The position numbers and the translations under genes are program-made. The notes under the pieces are model-generated. The model was not told the origin of the DNA. It made no database searches and worked only from the letters and a program-made list of their open reading frames with translations. A stretch of DNA of 64,000 nt, taken from contig JAKEEG010000066.1 of the NCBI GenBank assembly GCA_022616555.1, positions 1,702 to 65,701 of the forward strand, given 5' to 3'. This document shows positions 46,356-56,578 of the stretch, piece after piece; the first letter of the stretch is position 1; each line of letters opens with the position of its first letter. Source of the stretch: Ignavibacteriota bacterium (GTDB taxonomy: Bacteria > Bacteroidota > Ignavibacteria > UBA10030).

Positions 46356-47177
46356 ATGCCCGACACCAACGACGACATTAAAAAACTCCTGACAGACGTC
46401 CAACGGTACCTCAAAGAAGAGCAAGAGCTCTTCGGCGATTACATTTATACTGAGTCCACTATGCCCCCTAAAAAACAAGCCGGTAAACCGGAAGCTCAGC
46501 AGCCTTCGAAGCCGCCCCTCGAGCAGGATCTTTTTGGAAGTACGGCTCCCCCCGCAAAGCCCGGAAAAATCGCCGAACAGCACACACCGTATCCCAACGA
46601 GCCATGGGTGAAGTCAAGCACGCTTGACGAGCTGAACAGCATGATCTGCAACTGCACCAAATGTTCGCTTGGGCATACCCGGACGAAATTCGTGTTTGGC
46701 GTGGGCAACCCGAACGCAGATATTGTGATCGTCGGCGAGGCTCCCGGAGCGGACGAAGACGCGCAGGGCGAGCCGTTCGTGGGCAGGGCGGGACAACTGC
46801 TAAACAAAATTTTAGAAGCAATTAACTTCAAGCGCGAGGAAGTCTATATCTGCAACATCCTCAAGTGCCGCCCGCCGGGCAATCGCGACCCGCAGCCGGA
46901 GGAAGTCGAGGCGTGCATTCCCCACCTCTGGAAGCAAATCGAGATCATCAAACCGAAACTTATCCTGTGTTTGGGACGTATTTCTGCACAGATGCTGCTG
47001 AAAACCAACGCCTCGCTCGGCGATATGCGCGGCAAGGTGCATGACTACCGGGGCATCAAGATGATGGTCACGTACCACCCGGCGGCGTTGTTGCGCAACC
47101 CGAACTGGAAGAAACCCACGTGGGAAGACGTTCAGAAATTCCGCAAGATGTACGACGAGATGAAGCAGCAACCTTAG
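46356..47177 (+). CDS. uracil-DNA glycosylase, family 4, with about 80-aa Pro/Lys-rich N-terminal extension
   Basis: It has the family-4 UDG motifs ([34 protein letters not shown] and [10 protein letters not shown]). Confidence 0.8.
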   Translation: MPDTNDDIKKLLTDVQRYLKEEQELFGDYIYTESTMPPKKQAGKPEAQQPSKPPLEQDLFGSTAPPAKPGKIAEQHTPYPNEPWVKSSTLDELNSMICNCTKCSLGHTRTKFVFGVGNPNADIVIVGEAPGADEDAQGEPFVGRAGQLLNKILEAINFKREEVYICNILKCRPPGNRDPQPEEVEACIPHLWKQIEIIKPKLILCLGRISAQMLLKTNASLGDMRGKVHDYRGIKMMVTYHPAALLRNPNWKKPTWEDVQKFRKMYDEMKQQP

Positions 47178-47183
47178 AAATAT

Positions 47184-47216
47184 TGTCCCCCTCCCAGAGG
47201 GGGATACAGGGGGAGA
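47184..47216. repeat. REP-like palindrome (TGTCCCCCTCCCAGAGGGGGATACAGGGGGAG)
   Basis: Near-identical to the copies at 22992-23023 and 25371-25403. Confidence 0.7.
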
Positions 47217-47237
47217 TCTCAGGTCGTGCAAAAAGCG

Positions 47238-47527
47238 TCCAAAGGAAATCGGTATCTTTACAGCGGAGTATGAGCTTTTTTGTTACTTCTTTGCTCGTGC
47301 AAAAGAAGTAGGCAAACCCATAAACTGTGTTAATGATCTTGGGTTCTTTACTTTCTTTCCGAGAAAGAAAGTAACAAAGAAATCTTCCCGAAATCGAAGC
47401 ACACCTCATGACCCCTTCGCTCTTGCCATGATTTCAGCCTTGAGAAGGCGAGGCTGAAATCAAACGCAGTCATGAGTTTGCCTGCCCGCGCCACCTACGA
47501 TTTCGGTTTGCCTTCGCTCAAAAAAAG
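47238..47527 (+). repeat. roughly 290-bp highly structured repeat, copy A (5' hairpin TACTTCTTTGC-tcgt-GCAAAAGAAGTA; nested inverted repeats CGAAATCG/CGATTTCG, CTCATGAC/GTCATGAG, ATTTCAGCC/GGCTGAAAT)
   Basis: Direct comparison with 49030-49270 shows a conserved backbone. Copy A has an extra roughly 75-bp insert that itself contains the palindrome TTACTTTCTTTC-cgag-GAAAGAAAGTAA. Confidence 0.7.
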
Positions 47528-47670
47528 GGAGAAGTGGCCTATCTATAAGCACAAATAGAAACACCACACCGCTGACGCGGAGCGCTTTTTGCGTTTGGCT
47601 CGTCTAAATATAGAGCCGGACTACAAAACACTTTGTCCGCCAAAACCTCGCGAAACCCTTGGAGCACCGA

Positions 47671-48975
47671 ATGAATGAGTCTAGACTGAAGAATGCTATC
47701 GTCCTCCGCATGGTTATTGTTGGTTGTCTTTCCCTTATTTTGCTTATCCCGACGATTTTTATCGATTCGCTGATTGATGAACGTCAAGAAAGGCGCCAGT
47801 CCGCCACCACCGAGGTGAGCCAAGGCTGGGGAGGGGCGCAGACGCTTGTTGGCCCGATCATCACCGTTCCCTATAAAACATATTATAAGAACGATAAGGG
47901 GGATATGCTGCATTCGATCAACCACGCGCATTTTTTGCCTTCGGAACTGAATATCCGCGCCGCGGTGCAGCCTGAAATCCGTTACAGAGGAATTTATGAA
48001 GTCGCTCTCTACCAGGGACAATTTCTTGTCGAAGGCAAATTTGACAACATCGATTTTGAAAGGTTCGGCGTAGCACCTGAAAACGTCGTGTGGAGGGATG
48101 CCATTGTCAGTTTTGGCGTATCGGATCTGAAGGGGATTCGCGATACAGTTGTTCTCAAGTGGAATCAACGTTCGTATCCTTTGACGCCCGGAGTGATTGC
48201 TGATGGACTGATGAAATCGGGCATGACATTTCGACCGTTGGTACAGGCTTCGCTCTCGGAGATGAGCTTCTCGCTGCCGGTGAACCTCAACGGAACGGCG
48301 GAAATTTCGTTTGTCCCGGTTGGCGAAATAACGCACGTGTTCATGGGGTCTAGTTGGAGCGACCCGAGTTTCGTCGGCGGGTTTCTGCCCACTGTGCGGG
48401 AAGTCGGTGCAAACGGATTCAAGGCAGAATGGAAAGTCTTGAGCCTGAACAGGAATTTTCCGCAGGCATGGGTTGGTGACGGGCACAATCTTCAGGAGTC
48501 CTCCTTTGGGACGCGACTGCTGCTTCCCGTGGACCACTACCGGAAATCCGAGCGCACAGTAAAGTACGCGCTGTTGTTCATTGCGCTCACATTTGCGTCG
48601 CTGTTTCTCTCCGAGATGATGACGAAAACGGCGATCCACCCGATTCAGTACACGCTTATCGGATTTGCGCTCATTCTCTTTTATCTGTTGCTTCTCTCGC
48701 TTTCAGAACACATTGGCTTTGACACCGCCTATGGTGTCTCAGCCTTGCTGGTGATCGGGTTAATTTCGTTCTACACGAAATGGATTACAGCGAAAGCGAG
48801 AGTAGCTGTCGTCGTGTTTTTCGTACTTATGGTTCTTTATCTGTTCCTGTACGTGACCCTGCAATTACAAGACTATGCGTTGCTGTTCGGAACGCTGGGC
48901 TTGCTGCTGACGCTGTTTTTGATCATGTATATCACGCGCCATGTCGATTGGTTTTCTCCGGAGTCGATCACCTAG
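47671..48975 (+). CDS. creD: cell envelope integrity inner membrane protein CreD family
   Basis: About 434 aa with an N-terminal TM helix, a large periplasmic domain and a C-terminal multi-TM region typical of CreD. ATG at 47671; the ORF-track TTG is at 47659. Confidence 0.75.
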   Translation: MNESRLKNAIVLRMVIVGCLSLILLIPTIFIDSLIDERQERRQSATTEVSQGWGGAQTLVGPIITVPYKTYYKNDKGDMLHSINHAHFLPSELNIRAAVQPEIRYRGIYEVALYQGQFLVEGKFDNIDFERFGVAPENVVWRDAIVSFGVSDLKGIRDTVVLKWNQRSYPLTPGVIADGLMKSGMTFRPLVQASLSEMSFSLPVNLNGTAEISFVPVGEITHVFMGSSWSDPSFVGGFLPTVREVGANGFKAEWKVLSLNRNFPQAWVGDGHNLQESSFGTRLLLPVDHYRKSERTVKYALLFIALTFASLFLSEMMTKTAIHPIQYTLIGFALILFYLLLLSLSEHIGFDTAYGVSALLVIGLISFYTKWITAKARVAVVVFFVLMVLYLFLYVTLQLQDYALLFGTLGLLLTLFLIMYITRHVDWFSPESIT

Positions 48976-49029
48976 AGCCAGCAGACGTAGCAGAGAATCT
49001 TTATATTTACGGAGTGGATAGTACTGTAG

Positions 49030-49270
49030 GACAAAGGGAAATATCTGTTAGATTGTTTTTTGTCACTTCTTTGCTCGTGCAAAGAAGTAACCAAGAAAGC
49101 ACGCCGAAATCGTATCTCACGCTCATGATACCTTCCCGCTTGCCGTGATTTCAGCCCCTTTTGACTTTTACCATGATTTTTCGTTTGATACTAAGTGGGC
49201 TGAAATCAAACGCACGTTATGAGCTTCCCTCTCACGCCGCCGTCGATTTCGGTTCCCCGCACTCAAAAAC
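49030..49270 (+). repeat. roughly 240-bp structured repeat, copy B (same backbone as 47238-47527, without the central insert)
   Basis: It shares the 5' hairpin (CACTTCTTTGC-tcgt-GCAAAGAAGTA) and the nested inverted repeats. Several differences between copies are compensatory or G-U compatible. Confidence 0.7.
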
Positions 49271-49425
49271 ATTTCGTGAAAAGCTTTTTTTTCTGAACTT
49301 ACCATTCACAGTTGATGTTAATTTGCAGGTTGACAACTTGTGAATAGCGTTTTTAAAAAATATATTTTGAGAATTCGCGCTTTTTGTTGAACTTCGATTA
49401 ACCGTTTAGTATCATTACAGCCCCG

Positions 49426-50853
49426 ATGGCCGAACCGAGAAAAATATTAGGCTTAGTAGACCAATCATCCCCAGAGGGCCGCGTACCGCCGCAAGCTGTC
49501 GATGTCGAGATGGCGGTGCTGGGCGCGATGCTGTTGGAGAAAGACGCGATCGCGAAGGCGCTTGCCGTGCTGGACGACAGCGCGTTCTACAAGCCCGCGC
49601 ACCAAAGCATCTTCAAAGCGATGGTGGGGTTGTTCGAACGCAGCGAGCCTGTCGACCTCATCACGCTCATTGACGAGCTGAAACGACGCGGGGAACTGGA
49701 GAAAATCGGCGGCGAGTACTATCTCACAGAGCTGACAACGAAAGTGACCAGCGCGGCGAATGTGGAATATCACGCGCACATCGTACTGGAAAAAGCGCTG
49801 ATGCGGCTGTTGATTGCTTCATCGTCTGCCGTCATCGGCCGCGCGTTTACGGAGACGGAAGACGCTCTGGAGTTGCTGGACGAAGCCGAGCAGAGCATTT
49901 TCCAGATCTCCGAGCAGCGGATGAAGAAGAACTTCGTTTCGATGAGCAGCGCGGTGACGTCCACGATGGAGTTGCTGGAAAGCATCCACGGCAAGCACAG
50001 CGGCGTGACGGGCGTGCCGAGCGCGTTCACGGAGCTGGACTCGCTCACGGGCGGCTTTCAAAAATCGGATCTTATAATCGTTGCAGGCAGACCCTCGCAG
50101 GGCAAGACGGCGTTCGTGCTGTCGCTGTCCCGCAACGCGTCGGTATTGCACGATGCGCCGATTGGATTTTTCAGTCTTGAAATGTCGGTTCAGCAATTAG
50201 TATTGCGCCTCATCTGCGCGCAGGCGAAAGTCGACGCGCACGCCGTGCGCACGGGGCGTTTGCCGGAGGACGAGTGGAAGAAGTTGAGCATGACTGTCGG
50301 CAAGCTCTACAAAGCAAAGATTTTTATCGACGATACTCCCGCGCTCTCCATATTGGAGCTTCGGGCAAAGGCGCGGCGGCTCAAAGCCGAGCACAACATC
50401 GGCATGATCGTTGTCGACTACTTGCAGCTTATGCAAGGACCGAAGTCCGCACAGAGCCGCGAGCAGGAAATCTCGCAGATCTCGCGCTCACTCAAAGCGC
50501 TCGCAAAAGAATTGGATATTCCGGTCGTTGCACTCTCACAGTTGAACCGCGCAGTAGAGGCGCGTGGCGACAAGCGCCCTATGCTGGCGGATTTACGCGA
50601 ATCCGGAGCGATTGAACAGGACGCCGACGTGGTGATCTTCGTCCATCGCCCGGAAATGTACGGCATTGAAAAAGACGAGAATGGCGAGCCGACCGAAGGC
50701 ATTGCGGAGATCATCGTCGGCAAGCAGCGTAACGGCCCCACAGGCACGGTGAAGCTCTCGTTCGTGAAACGCTACGCGCAGTTTGAAAATCTTGCGCGCT
50801 TCCGGGAAATCCCCTCGCTCCCGATGGGTCCTGAGGAAGAGCAGCCGTTCTAG
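49426..50853 (+). CDS. dnaB: replicative DNA helicase
   Basis: 475 aa with an N-terminal DnaB domain, a Walker A (GRPSQGKTAF), and RecA-like H2/H3/H4 motifs. There is no intein. Confidence 0.9.
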   Translation: MAEPRKILGLVDQSSPEGRVPPQAVDVEMAVLGAMLLEKDAIAKALAVLDDSAFYKPAHQSIFKAMVGLFERSEPVDLITLIDELKRRGELEKIGGEYYLTELTTKVTSAANVEYHAHIVLEKALMRLLIASSSAVIGRAFTETEDALELLDEAEQSIFQISEQRMKKNFVSMSSAVTSTMELLESIHGKHSGVTGVPSAFTELDSLTGGFQKSDLIIVAGRPSQGKTAFVLSLSRNASVLHDAPIGFFSLEMSVQQLVLRLICAQAKVDAHAVRTGRLPEDEWKKLSMTVGKLYKAKIFIDDTPALSILELRAKARRLKAEHNIGMIVVDYLQLMQGPKSAQSREQEISQISRSLKALAKELDIPVVALSQLNRAVEARGDKRPMLADLRESGAIEQDADVVIFVHRPEMYGIEKDENGEPTEGIAEIIVGKQRNGPTGTVKLSFVKRYAQFENLARFREIPSLPMGPEEEQPF

Positions 50854-50878
50854 GTTTTTGCCCTCAACCTTCATTCCG

Positions 50879-51628
50879 ATGAAGCGACCAGCATACATCT
50901 TTTTCCTTTTTATTGTCACGTGTTGGAGTTCAACACCACTTCGCGCTCAAGAAGGCCAGTGGTCATTTTCCGTTTCCGGTGGCTGGGTGTATATGAGTCT
51001 CAGTCAGGTAGACGCGAACCACCAAAGAGTCGTTGAATCGTGGCGAAATGACGGTATACCGATCGAAGACCTGGGATCGTTGAAGTCGGGATTGTTTCTG
51101 AACGCAAGGGGCGCGTACCGTATCGAGCGCGACCTTGCTCTCACGGCATCCGTTGCGTACTCCGAGGGGGATGTGAGAGCGTATTACGAGGATTATGACC
51201 TGACGGTTGAGTTAACGCGCTCTGTCGGGTTTACCGATGCGATGGTGGGAATAGAATACTATGTTCCCTTTGTTCCGTTGGACGCGGAAGCGTACATTGG
51301 TGCCGAGATGGGCATGATGTTCGCCCGGGCGCACGCGACGACTTTCGGCACAGAGCGAAAAATGACAGACACAACAGAAATGGAGGTTGTGCTCGATTCG
51401 AGAGGCAAGTACCGGAAGAGCAAACTCGTGTTGAATGTTACAGCGGGCGCTGATGTGAATGTCCTTGGCCCTTTGTTTGCGCGGTTAGAAGCGAAATATA
51501 AATTCGGGAAAATCGGTTTGATGCCGGGAGACATACAGAGGCTCGCAGGGCCGCCGCTCGATGAATCGACAGTCGAATTCGACTTCTCCGGCTTGTTTCT
51601 TTCCGTGGGAATCGGTATCGTGTTTTGA
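50879..51628 (+). CDS. hypothetical outer-membrane beta-barrel-like protein
   Basis: The start is placed at 50879 (MKRPAYIFFLFIVTCWSSTPLRAQ, a signal peptide). It has an alternating beta pattern and ends in F. Confidence 0.45.
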   Translation: MKRPAYIFFLFIVTCWSSTPLRAQEGQWSFSVSGGWVYMSLSQVDANHQRVVESWRNDGIPIEDLGSLKSGLFLNARGAYRIERDLALTASVAYSEGDVRAYYEDYDLTVELTRSVGFTDAMVGIEYYVPFVPLDAEAYIGAEMGMMFARAHATTFGTERKMTDTTEMEVVLDSRGKYRKSKLVLNVTAGADVNVLGPLFARLEAKYKFGKIGLMPGDIQRLAGPPLDESTVEFDFSGLFLSVGIGIVF

Positions 51629-51633
51629 AGACG

Positions 51634-52524
51634 ATGAACCGCCGAAACTTCTTACGTACGCTTCCTGCCCTGTCCAGTCTTTCCGTTTTACCAGCGGGAG
51701 TGATATTCCGCAGTCCGTTTGCCCATTCGCATCTCCAATCCGACGACCCTGATGCGCTCATCTGCGCGCGGAAGTTTGAGCTTGCCGTTTCGCTTTCGCT
51801 GCGGGAGCAACCGATCGGCAGGGTGATTGTGGAGATCGGGAAATCGTTCATCGGCACGGACTATCTTGCGCATGGCATTGAGGCACCCGGCGAAGAGCGT
51901 CTCGTTGTGAATATGCGTGGGCTGGACTGCGTCTCGTTTTGCGAGAACGCCGTTGTCCTTGCGCGCTGTATCAAGAAGAACGCGATGACGTTCGACGATT
52001 ACAAAAAGGAATTACAATACATCCGCTACCGCGGCGGCGGCGTCGACGGATACACGAGTCGGCTGCATTATTTCACGGATTATATTTACGATGGCGTGAA
52101 GAAGGGGATTTGGAAGGATGTTACGAAAGAAATCGGCGCATCGTACCGTAAAACTGTTAATTTCATGTCCACTCACCCGAACTCCTACCTGCAATTAAAA
52201 GAGAACCCGGAATTTGTCAAAGTAATTGCGAAACAGGAGGAGGAAATCAGTAAGCGGGAGATGTATTACATACCGAAAGGAAGTATACCGGGGGTGGAAC
52301 CCGATATACATGACGGCGATGTGCTGGCAATTACGACGGATATTGCAGGGCTGGATGTGTCGCACACTGCTATAGCGATTTGGCAGAACAGTAGACTGCA
52401 CATGATGCACGCTCCGGATGTCGGTTCTAAAGTGACAATCACGGTGCTGCCGCTTGCCGAGTACCTTGCAAAAAACAAGCGCCAGACAGGGGTTATTGTG
52501 GCAAGGGCGGTTGAGCCGGAATAG
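51634..52524 (+). CDS. DUF1460 domain protein (amidase-like) with twin-arginine signal
   Basis: It has the MNRRNFLRTLPALSSL Tat motif, and the remainder matches the DUF1460 pattern from memory. Confidence 0.55.
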   Translation: MNRRNFLRTLPALSSLSVLPAGVIFRSPFAHSHLQSDDPDALICARKFELAVSLSLREQPIGRVIVEIGKSFIGTDYLAHGIEAPGEERLVVNMRGLDCVSFCENAVVLARCIKKNAMTFDDYKKELQYIRYRGGGVDGYTSRLHYFTDYIYDGVKKGIWKDVTKEIGASYRKTVNFMSTHPNSYLQLKENPEFVKVIAKQEEEISKREMYYIPKGSIPGVEPDIHDGDVLAITTDIAGLDVSHTAIAIWQNSRLHMMHAPDVGSKVTITVLPLAEYLAKNKRQTGVIVARAVEPE

Positions 52525-52549
52525 ATATTATATCCTTGAAAGCACCTCA

Positions 52550-53713
52550 GTGAGACTCTCATTATTAACCATTGTTTTGATTAGTTCAATCTCCTTTGCG
52601 CAGGTGAATGTCACCATTCGCGTCATTGTACCTGAGTCAACACCGAAAGACGCTGAGCTGTTTATTGCCGGCGACAAGCCGGAGCTTGGGAATTGGGATC
52701 CCGGACTTGTGAAGCTTAACCGTGTGAACGAATCGACGTGGGAACGGTCGTTTTCCTCTCCGCTTGGAGTGCGGGCGGAATTCAAAATTACGCGCGGGAG
52801 CTGGAACACACAGGCTGTGTACGAAAAGGGCGCTCTCCCGCCGAATACCGTAGTGGAGGTGCAAGGCGATACGGTTGTAGAACTTCGTCCGATAGCGTGG
52901 AGCGATGAAGGCATAGAGCCGACGGGCAAGATTGTCGGCACCGTGCAATACCATCGCGGGCTGAAAGGAAAAGGTTTACAGTATGACCGGGATGTGATTG
53001 TGTGGCTGCCGCCGTCATACGAAAAGGAAACCGCTCGTCGTTATCCTGTGCTCTACATGCACGACGGGCAGAATGTGTTCGACCCGGGGACGTCGTTCAT
53101 CGGCTACGACTGGCGCGTGGACGATGTGGCTGATAGTTTGATGCGCGCGGGGAAGATGCGTGAAATTATTATTGCGGGCATATACAACTCGCCCGACCGC
53201 ACACTGGAATACTCCAACACGGAGAAAGGCCGCGCGTACGGAGCGTTTCTAGTAAACACGCTGAAACCGCTCATTGATTCGACGTACCGGACGATGCCAG
53301 ACAGGTCGAATACTGCAGTGATGGGTTCGTCGATGGGCGCGCATATTTCGTTTCTGCTCTCGTGGTGGCATCCGGACGTGTTCTCTCAAGCGGGGTGTTT
53401 ATCTGCGGCATTCTGGACGCCGAACGTTGAAGCAGATGGAAAGTACAGAAGCTACAACGATGAAACGCTGGATGAGGCTCGGTCGTACACCGGGACAAAG
53501 AAGGACATCCGAATCTATCTGGATAACGGAACGGAAGGGCTGGAAGCGGAGCTCCAACCGGGAGTGGACACGATGAAAGCCGAGCTCGAAAAAATGGGCT
53601 ACGCGATTGGAAAAGATTTTGAGTACTTTATTGACGCGAAAGCCGAGCACAACGAGCGTGCATGGGCAGCCCGCGTATGGCGGCCATTGATGTTTATGTT
53701 CGGCAAGGATTGA
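52550..53713 (+). CDS. esterase family protein (enterochelin-esterase/esterase-D-like alpha/beta hydrolase) with N-terminal starch-binding-like (CBM20-like) domain
   Basis: It has a C-terminal hydrolase region (YPVLYMHDGQNVF...GSSMGAHIS) and an N-terminal region (GDKPELGNWDPGLVKLNRV...WERSF) resembling CBM20. A GTG start at 52550 is assumed after the signal-like segment. Confidence 0.6.
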   Translation: MRLSLLTIVLISSISFAQVNVTIRVIVPESTPKDAELFIAGDKPELGNWDPGLVKLNRVNESTWERSFSSPLGVRAEFKITRGSWNTQAVYEKGALPPNTVVEVQGDTVVELRPIAWSDEGIEPTGKIVGTVQYHRGLKGKGLQYDRDVIVWLPPSYEKETARRYPVLYMHDGQNVFDPGTSFIGYDWRVDDVADSLMRAGKMREIIIAGIYNSPDRTLEYSNTEKGRAYGAFLVNTLKPLIDSTYRTMPDRSNTAVMGSSMGAHISFLLSWWHPDVFSQAGCLSAAFWTPNVEADGKYRSYNDETLDEARSYTGTKKDIRIYLDNGTEGLEAELQPGVDTMKAELEKMGYAIGKDFEYFIDAKAEHNERAWAARVWRPLMFMFGKD

Positions 53714-53721
53714 CTGATGAC

Positions 53722-54240
53722 ATGGATAGGCTCTCCATCGTACAAGGCGACATCACGCAGCAAGTCGTCGATGCGATAGTAAACGCAGCGAATAACAGGC
53801 TGCTTGGTGGCGGCGGAGTGGATGGAGCAATTCACCGTGCTGCCGGACCGAAGCTGTTGGAAGAATGCCGAACGCTTGGCGGATGCGCGACAGGCGACGC
53901 GAAAATTACCAAGGGCTACAATCTTCCGGCGAAATTGGTGATCCATACTGTGGGTCCCGTATGGAGAGGCGGCAAGAACAACGAAGATGAGCACCTTGCG
54001 AGCTGTTATCGCCGTAGTTTTGACGTTGTGCGCGAGCGTGGGATACAAACGATTGCATTCCCGTCCATTAGTACCGGGGCGTACGGGTTTCCGGTAGAAC
54101 GCGCATCGAGAATTGCCGTGGGGGAAATTCGCTCGGCGTTGGAAAGCAATCCATCGTTGAAACAAGTCCTTGTCGTTTGCTTCGATGCACATACATTGAG
54201 CAATTACCAGCAGGCAGTGAATGATAAATCAATATCTTAA
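53722..54240 (+). CDS. macro domain protein (O-acetyl-ADP-ribose deacetylase, YmdB-like)
   Basis: It has the motifs IVNAANNRLLGGGGVDGAIHRAAG and a glycine-rich region (ISTGAYGFP). The start is placed at 53722; the ORF-track start is 53662. Confidence 0.8.
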   Translation: MDRLSIVQGDITQQVVDAIVNAANNRLLGGGGVDGAIHRAAGPKLLEECRTLGGCATGDAKITKGYNLPAKLVIHTVGPVWRGGKNNEDEHLASCYRRSFDVVRERGIQTIAFPSISTGAYGFPVERASRIAVGEIRSALESNPSLKQVLVVCFDAHTLSNYQQAVNDKSIS

Positions 54241-55216
54241 TCGTCTCTTTTTATTTCTTTGTTGTTGTACGGTGTTTGTTCAAGCCCAACAGCCGTTGTT
54301 GAGTCCGAGAGACTCGGTTTCTCTGAGCATCAACGGAAAGTGGTTGAGTATCGACTACGGGCGGCCCTCGAGGAGAGACAGGCCGATTATGGGCTCACTC
54401 GTTCCCTATAATCGTGTGTGGCGCACGGGCGCGAACGAAGCGACGACATTCGTTACAACGGGAGATATTCGTATAGGAGATGCAGAGATTCCGCGCGGCA
54501 CGTATACGCTCTATACGTTTCCATCGATGACACAGTGGAAGCTCATCATCAACAAGCAAACCGGGCAGTGGGGGACAACGTATAACCCCGACCTCGATTT
54601 TGCCCGCATCGACTTGAAAATGCGCCGGCTACGAAAGGCTATTGATACATTGACAATTACTCTTGGACGGACGAACGGCCGGTCCGGGATTCTGACAATT
54701 GAATGGGAGTACACCTCGCTCAGCGCGCCGTTCGAATTTTTGCAAGATGCGTTCATTGCCAGCCCACGCGATACGACCGAGCTGGTAATCGATGGCAAGC
54801 GAATTGTCATCGATTACGGCCGCCCCTCACGCCGCGGGCGCACGATTATGGGAGCCGTGGTGCCGTTCGGCGAGGTGTGGCGCACCGGGGCGAACGAGGC
54901 GACAACGTTCAGCACCGAAGCGGATCTGGTGATCGAGGGCGTTGAAATCCCGCGCGGGTCGTACACTCTCTATACGCTGCCCTCGCAGAATATTTGGAAA
55001 CTCATCCTGAACAAACAGACCGGGCAGTGGGGCACGGAATACGACCGAGCTCAAGACCAGGCTCGTATCAACATGAAAAAGCAATCGCTGAAAAACATTG
55101 TTGAACGGTTTACGATTACATTGGAGAAATCGAGAGCGGATGCCGGCGTGCTGAAGCTGATATGGGAAAAAACTCAGTTATCCGTACGTGTCTCGCTGAA
55201 GAAGAACGCACATTAA
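54221..55216 (+). CDS. tandem DUF2911-like domain protein (secreted)
   Basis: It has a signal peptide and two internal repeats of about 130 aa (IDYGRPSRR.R.IMG..VP...VWRTGANEATTF...IPRG.YTLYT.PS...WKLI.NKQTGQWGT). Confidence 0.55.
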   Translation: MINQYLNRLFLFLCCCTVFVQAQQPLLSPRDSVSLSINGKWLSIDYGRPSRRDRPIMGSLVPYNRVWRTGANEATTFVTTGDIRIGDAEIPRGTYTLYTFPSMTQWKLIINKQTGQWGTTYNPDLDFARIDLKMRRLRKAIDTLTITLGRTNGRSGILTIEWEYTSLSAPFEFLQDAFIASPRDTTELVIDGKRIVIDYGRPSRRGRTIMGAVVPFGEVWRTGANEATTFSTEADLVIEGVEIPRGSYTLYTLPSQNIWKLILNKQTGQWGTEYDRAQDQARINMKKQSLKNIVERFTITLEKSRADAGVLKLIWEKTQLSVRVSLKKNAH

Positions 55217-55231
55217 CCAGAGGTATACGAT

Positions 55232-55462
55232 ATGCCGACGAAGATCATTATTAAAAATAACGGGTCGATTAAGGTGGAAGGCGATTTTGAGCTGTATGAC
55301 GAGAATGGAAACAAGTTCGATTTAGCGGGGCGCACGAGAATTTCCCTCTGCCGTTGCGGGCAAAGCAACGATAAGCCGTTCTGCGACCACGCTCACCGGG
55401 CGATCAACTGGTCGGCCCCTGTTGTTGCACGGACGCTTCCGCCGCCCGTACCAAAGCCATAA
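55232..55462 (+). CDS. CDGSH iron-sulfur domain-containing protein
   Basis: 76 aa with the CRCGQSNDKPFCDHAH motif (C-x-C-x8-C-D-x2-H). Confidence 0.75.
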   Translation: MPTKIIIKNNGSIKVEGDFELYDENGNKFDLAGRTRISLCRCGQSNDKPFCDHAHRAINWSAPVVARTLPPPVPKP

Positions 55463-55631
55463 AAGAAATGGGACCCCGCATTAAAACATTACGGGGCAGG
55501 CGCGGAAACAGCGAATCTTGAATAGATAAAAACGGATATAAAGCAAACGCAAAAAATAAAAGCAACATCTCAGCGGTATCCTGATTTATGCTGTATCTGT
55601 TCTTATCCGTTTCATCCGCCTTTTCCGCGTC

Positions 55632-56471
55632 CTATTGTTTCATCCTTTGCCTCACCACTTCATACAAAAACGCCGCACTGGCGCTAGCTACATTGAGCGA
55701 ATCCACGCCGTTGTGCATGGGAATTGCCGCGTGCGCGTCGCAGGCTGCGAGGACCTCCACTGAAATTCCTTCGCCCTCGCTGCCGAACACGACACAGCAA
55801 TCTTTGCGAAAATCCGTCTGGTGCAAAGTTTCTCCCGTGCCATGAGGATGGGCGGCGATACAACGAATCCCATGAGCGGTTCGCAATTCTTTCAGCGTCT
55901 CAACCAGATGCCCAACGTGCACCACGGGGAGCTTGAACACCGTTCCCATCGAGTTGCGCACCGCGCGGCGCAAGTACGGACTGCTGGATGTTTCTCCTAC
56001 CAGCAATGCCTGGACGCCAAAGCCCACGCAGTTACGGACGAGCACGCCGAGGTTTTCCGAATTTGTTAGCCCGTCTATCGCTACAAAGAAGTACGGTTGT
56101 GCCGAGCGCTGAAGCATGTCGTTGAGCCGTGCCGGCTCCGGGATTTTTCCTACTGCCATAATTCCCTGGTGCAGGTTAAACCCGACAATGCCCTCGACCA
56201 ATTCCTTTTTCGCGACAAACACATCAATGCTCTGCTGTCGCGATTCGAGGAGGGACTGAAGGATGGAAAGCCACTCCGGAGTAAGCAACATGGAAACAAC
56301 CGGTAAGTCGCTTTCCACCAAGCGGCGCACGACCTTTTCGCCTTCCGCGACGAACATGCCCTGCCGTTGGTGTTCCAAAGGCATGCGCAGTGTGCGGTAG
56401 AGCTCCAGACCCTGAGCATCGAGTGAATGGATGTTTTGTATCTTGAGCATATAATTGAACGTATAGTACAA
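55632..56471 (-). CDS. RNA 2'-O-methyltransferase, TrmH/SpoU family
   Basis: 279 aa with a SPOUT C-terminal region (VVFGSEGEGIS) and an N-terminal substrate-binding domain. Confidence 0.8.
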   Translation of the reverse strand: MYYTFNYMLKIQNIHSLDAQGLELYRTLRMPLEHQRQGMFVAEGEKVVRRLVESDLPVVSMLLTPEWLSILQSLLESRQQSIDVFVAKKELVEGIVGFNLHQGIMAVGKIPEPARLNDMLQRSAQPYFFVAIDGLTNSENLGVLVRNCVGFGVQALLVGETSSSPYLRRAVRNSMGTVFKLPVVHVGHLVETLKELRTAHGIRCIAAHPHGTGETLHQTDFRKDCCVVFGSEGEGISVEVLAACDAHAAIPMHNGVDSLNVASASAAFLYEVVRQRMKQ

Positions 56472-56522
56472 GAAGCTAAGTTGTGAAGCAATTGTCTTTT
56501 GGAAGGCCGGATGCTTGTGATG

Positions 56523-56578
56523 TCAGGAGTTACCTCCTGACATGAGCAGTTTTTCGGTCAGGACGTAAGTCCTGACCG
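56523..56578. repeat. tandem hairpins sharing a GTCAGGA/TCCTGAC core (GTCAGGAG-ttac-CTCCTGAC; CGGTCAGGAC-gtaa-GTCCTGACCG) in a divergent intergenic region
   Basis: Two perfect stems (8 and 10 bp) with tetraloops. The first is followed by AGTTTTTC. Confidence 0.6.

Noticed and set aside
49271-49425. Possible oriC upstream of dnaB
   Set aside because: No DnaA-box (TTATCCACA-like) clusters or AT-rich DUE were recognisable. The approximate inverted repeat TTCACAGTTGA/TTGACAACTTGTGAA is more likely promoter or operator sequence. dnaA is not in the window.
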